From a virus (Duplodnaviria; Caudoviricetes): DNA of 24,193 nt. The stretch is taken from positions 1 to 24,193 of IMG/VR virus record IMGVR_UViG_3300033076_001517; one strand, written 5' to 3'. Shown here one piece after another: positions 23,690 through 24,193 of the stretch (within the stretch, counting starts at the first letter, position 1; every line of letters begins with the position of its first letter). A program made the translations under genes and the position numbers. The notes below the pieces were generated by a model, which worked only from the letters and a program-made list of their open reading frames with translations, was not told where the DNA came from and made no database searches.

Positions 23690-23709
23690 CTCGTCGAGGA
23701 GAATGACGC

Positions 23710-23961
23710 GTGGCCGCCCCTCGCAACCGCAAGCACATCATCGTTCCGGTCAGGCCCACGACCGAGTCGTACAAGCCGCACGGTCGGAAGTTCGACATCC
23801 CGAAGCCTCCGGCGCCCGCGAGCCGCAAGGCCCACGGGAAGGCGCTCAAGAACGCGCTCGATTCGGCTGTGGAAGAGGCCCTGAAGCGGCGCGCGGATGC
23901 CGGCTGCGAGGTGCACGGTGCCGAGCCGGGTCTCTACGTGCAGTTCGAGAGTCAGCCCGGG
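23710..23961 (+). pseudogene. 5' fragment (84 codons) of the probable S8 serine-protease partner gene
   Basis: GAGGAG 8 nt before GTG. MAAPRNRKHIIVP...SRKAHGKALK...PGLYVQFESQPG resembles, from recall, N-termini of ATPase-linked S8 proteins. After 23961 the frame stays open to the window end but loses GC3 bias. No catalytic motif is visible. Confidence 0.55.
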
Positions 23962-24144
23962 GCGCGGGTAGTGCCTCACCGGCAGCTTACCGTCCCACGG
24001 CACGCTCCAGTCGCGCAGGTAGTCCATCGCTCCTGCGCGCTCGCTCGTTCCGCTCCACACGGCGCGGTCGACCGGGCCGAGCCCGCGCAGGAACGCGTTC
24101 CAGTCGCGCACCGCGTAGGAGTACAGCCGAGAGCGGCGGCTCAT
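23956..24144 (-). pseudogene. 5' part of a phage-like hypothetical gene, colliding with the S8 fragment
   Basis: MSRRSRLYSYAVRDWNAFLRG...HYPRP has high GC3. Its ATG overlaps the TGA of an upstream minus-strand frame (...GVVSV*). Beyond ~23956 it reads the antisense of the S8 fragment. Confidence 0.5.
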
Positions 24145-24193
24145 ACGCTCACCACGCCCGGCGGCGCCGACACGCCGACGACCGTCCAGCCAC

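Noticed and set aside
18820-23975. Shared YPRP peptide at the helicase C-terminus and at the 23960 junction as a recombination or att repeat
   Set aside because: Nucleotide match is short and interrupted, which is compatible with chance in GC-rich DNA.

Overview
GC-rich window dominated by a tailed-phage (probably prophage) genome segment. Positions 1-14660 (minus strand) form a largely translationally coupled packaging and morphogenesis operon, in transcription order: TerS; TerL with an Ala-starting class 3 intein in Walker A; portal; a first 'virion morphogenesis' paralogue; three small proteins; scaffold; major capsid; decoration-like protein; a free-standing GIY-YIG/NUMOD3 homing endonuclease; neck proteins; tail tube; a G/GT chaperone pair with a C-CCU-UUU -1 slippery site; and the start of the tape measure gene. 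Positions 14692-20250 (minus) hold the replication module: SF2 helicase, VRR-NUC nuclease and a 1164-aa primase-helicase-HTH fusion with an iteron-like repeat cluster in its 3' end. A divergent Cro-like gene and a truncated ParB-like gene follow. About 20735-23960 looks like a foreign ~3.2 kb block with broken genes at both edges (Fis-HTH 3' fragment, DUF932-like gene, terminator, intact IetA-like AAA ATPase, first 84 codons of its probable S8 protease partner). The most striking observation is that the homing endonuclease begins with a copy of the first 15 codons of the downstream neck gene, which starts again with a synonymously diverged copy. This suggests intronless homing by 5'-end replacement. 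No integrase, att site, tRNA, rRNA or CRISPR array was seen. All family calls come from motif recognition by eye, not database searches.
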